A stretch of 38,628 bases of DNA from Octopus bimaculoides (lineage: Eukaryota), in NCBI RefSeq assembly GCF_001194135.2, contig NC_068984.1:35231731-35270358 (forward strand), given 5' to 3'. Shown here one piece after another: positions 36,971-38,628 of the stretch (its first letter is position 1; each line of letters starts with the position of its first letter). The notes below the pieces were generated by a model. The model was not told the origin of the DNA and did no database searches. It saw only the letters and a list, made by a program, of their open reading frames with translations. The position numbers and the translations under genes were made by a program.

Positions 36971-36989
36971 TCTTTTTCTTTCTTTTCTT

Positions 36990-37132
36990 GGTTTAGTCAT
37001 TTGACTGAAGCCATGTTCGTCCAACAACTCGACCACGGTATTTATTCTTTGTAAGCCTAGTACCTATTCTATGGGTCTCTTTTGCAGAACCGCTATGTTA
37101 TGTGGACGTAAACACACCAGCATCGGTTGTCA
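36990..37132 (-). mobile_element. SINE 3' portion running into a gap
   Basis: tttattctttgtaagcctagtacctattctatgggtctcttttgcagaaccgc is shared with the copies at 29860-29915 and 14520-14560. Confidence 0.8.
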
Positions 37133-37384
37133 NNNNNNNNNNNNNNNNNNNNNNNNNNNNNNNNNNNNNNNNNNNNNNNNNNNNNNNNNNNNNNNNNNNN
37201 NNNNNNNNNNNNNNNNNNNNNNNNNNNNNNNNNNNNNNNNNNNNNNNNNNNNNNNNNNNNNNNNNNNNNNNNNNNNNNNNNNNNNNNNNNNNNNNNNNNN
37301 NNNNNNNNNNNNNNNNNNNNNNNNNNNNNNNNNNNNNNNNNNNNNNNNNNNNNNNNNNNNNNNNNNNNNNATATATACATATGC

Positions 37385-37558
37385 ACTATATTAGAAAGAA
37401 AGACAACAAAAAACCAAGGCAGTACAGGTATGTCAAATCATTTAAAATATTTAATTAGCGTAAAGTAAAGTTGACGTCTTACAGCTGTTTCTGGCTACCC
37501 CAAGTGTTAAGCTGGCATGTCTGTACACTGGGTATCCTGTCATCAGAGACAAGGTGAG
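37385..37558 (-). mobile_element. Short hammerhead-bearing repeat, copy A
   Basis: Colinear inverted homology with 37667-37850 along its whole length. Leader similar to 1174-1220. Confidence 0.8.
37476..37550 (-). ncRNA. Type I hammerhead ribozyme with canonical core and a long imperfect helix II
   Basis: Minus strand reads GUCU-CUGAUGA-c-aggauacccagugu..acacuugggguagcca-GAA-ACAGCUGU-A-AGAC: 4-5 bp helix I, palindromic helix III and a GUA triplet. The base of helix II carries mismatches. Confidence 0.8.
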
Positions 37559-37666
37559 TGTGTAGGAAAGATCTAGACAGAGAAATTCACAGTTTATAAG
37601 CAATTTTCAGCTTATACTATTTTATTCCTTATGAAGTGAAATTCCCTGTCTCGATACTATATATAT

Positions 37667-37850
37667 TCACCTTGTCTCTGATGACGTAATACCTAGTGTA
37701 CAGACATTCTCACCTATCACTTGAGATATTCTACAAACAGCAGTAAGACATTAAATTCCCCTTACTCTAATTAAATATTGTAGAGGACTTGACAACACCT
37801 GTCCTACTTTGGTTTTTGTTGTCCTTTCTCCTCTAATACTCTATATATCT
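37667..37850 (+). mobile_element. Short hammerhead-bearing repeat, copy B (inverted relative to copy A)
   Basis: caccttgtctctgatgacgtaatacctagtgtacagacat, aaacagcagtaagac, ctaattaaatatt and ggtttttgttgtcctttc each match the reverse complement of segments of 37385-37558, in order. Confidence 0.8.
37674..37749 (+). ncRNA. Decayed hammerhead motif, probably inactive
   Basis: GUCU-CUGAUGA and GUA-AGAC are retained, but GAAAC has become CAAAC (G12C) and helix III ACAGCAGU is no longer palindromic. Confidence 0.55.
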
Positions 37851-37959
37851 GCTAACTTGGAAACATAATACGGATCATTAGCTCCAGCCTCAACTGTGAA
37901 CTTATAGCACTTACAGAGCTTAACAATTCATTTAGATGAACAGTGAGCTATACCCCTAA

Positions 37960-37996
<37 letters not shown>

Positions 37997-37998
<2 letters not shown>

Positions 37999-38135
37999 AA
38001 GAATTCACAAAGAAAGCAAAAGTCGAAGACAGGTTGTGTAGACAAGAAACAAATGTATTGGTTTAACGCTCGGTAAGTGAAAACGTCTTTGACATTTCGA
38101 GCCTATGATCTTCCACAAAAAGAATCAGGGAGAGA
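37997..38135 (-). mobile_element. Short (TA)n-abutting repeat of the 1174-1414 family, with a decayed hammerhead at 38086-38123
   Basis: Starts right after (TA)n 37963-37996. Minus strand reads UCUUU-UUGUGGA-A-GAUC-AUAG-GCUC-GAA-AUGU-C-AAAGA. Confidence 0.65.
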
Positions 38136-38578
38136 AAATAAAGAAGGTATAGTAACATGGCGTATGCCTCGGACATGAATGAGGCATGGGAAATGGCGAG
38201 GTACGGGAACTCAAGCGGCACGAAAGATAATTATAGTTATATTGAGGGATATGTCGATGAATAGGAAGTGACAAAGCCTCGTTAAGAGGGTTTGAAACCG
38301 CATCTTATTACATTATTTGTAGTGGTTTAAAACCTTAATTGTGTTTAAAAAAACAGGTTACGTAAGAGGTTTAAGTGCCTCCTTTTTTTAAGAGGTTTGA
38401 AACTTCATATTGATTTTTAAAAAACGAAAATATATTTTCGAGAAAAAACCCAATCGGCGAGCGTTGGGTTTCGTCTCTCATTAATTCATTTTATTTCATT
38501 TCATTTTCATTCATTAATGTGCTGTAGAGCCTGTAGCTACTCTGTATACTGCCTTTATGGCAAATAAAATGAAATAAA

Positions 38579-38628
38579 GTAGCTTTCTTACCAACGACAT
38601 GGTTCTGGGTTCAGTTCCAGTGCGTGGC
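38579..38628 (+). mobile_element. tRNA-derived SINE head, truncated by the window end
   Basis: gtagctttcttaccaacgacatggttctgggttcagttccagtgcgtggc has a B-box-like GGTTCAGTTCC and is homologous to the head of 29797-30168. Confidence 0.7.

Noticed and set aside
1-38628. CRISPR arrays, rRNA or tRNA genes, operon-like prokaryotic systems
   Set aside because: No regularly spaced repeat-spacer array, no complete tRNA cloverleaf (only SINE heads) and no gene-dense segment. The sequence is eukaryotic and repeat-dominated.

Overview
AT-rich, microsatellite-dense eukaryotic DNA from a gapped draft assembly. There are nine N-runs (1415-1726, 2570-3084, 7332-7664, 9964-10139, 16302-16357, 21922-22393, 27971-28134, 32143-32552, 37133-37370), most flanked by simple repeats. 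The composition and repeat types resemble an Octopus genome (inference from recall, no database search). I cannot support any host protein-coding exon, so the window reads as intergenic or intronic, and most tracked ORFs are microsatellite, gap or antisense artefacts. It holds decayed transposons: RTE- and CR1-type LINE fragments, Tigger/pogo, mariner, a mariner deletion derivative, a Tc1 element with DD36E spacing, tRNA-derived SINEs, a same-strand stack of R4/Dong-like retrotransposons at (TAA)n tracts, and two Penelope-like element (PLE) remnants. The main signal is five minimal type I hammerhead ribozyme motifs (1264-1300, 32666-32716, 37476-37550, 37674-37749, 38086-38123). Two have a fully canonical core. 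Helix III is a different palindrome in three of them (ACGU, ACGAUCGU, ACAGCUGU). Each lies about 87-112 nt upstream of a TA repeat or TA-rich gap edge, and one directly follows a PLE reverse transcriptase remnant. This suggests a (TA)n-associated PLE plus short non-coding ribozyme-bearing derivatives. The PLE-hammerhead link is already known; these copies, the A6U core variant and the spacing rule are my reading of the sequence and are untested.
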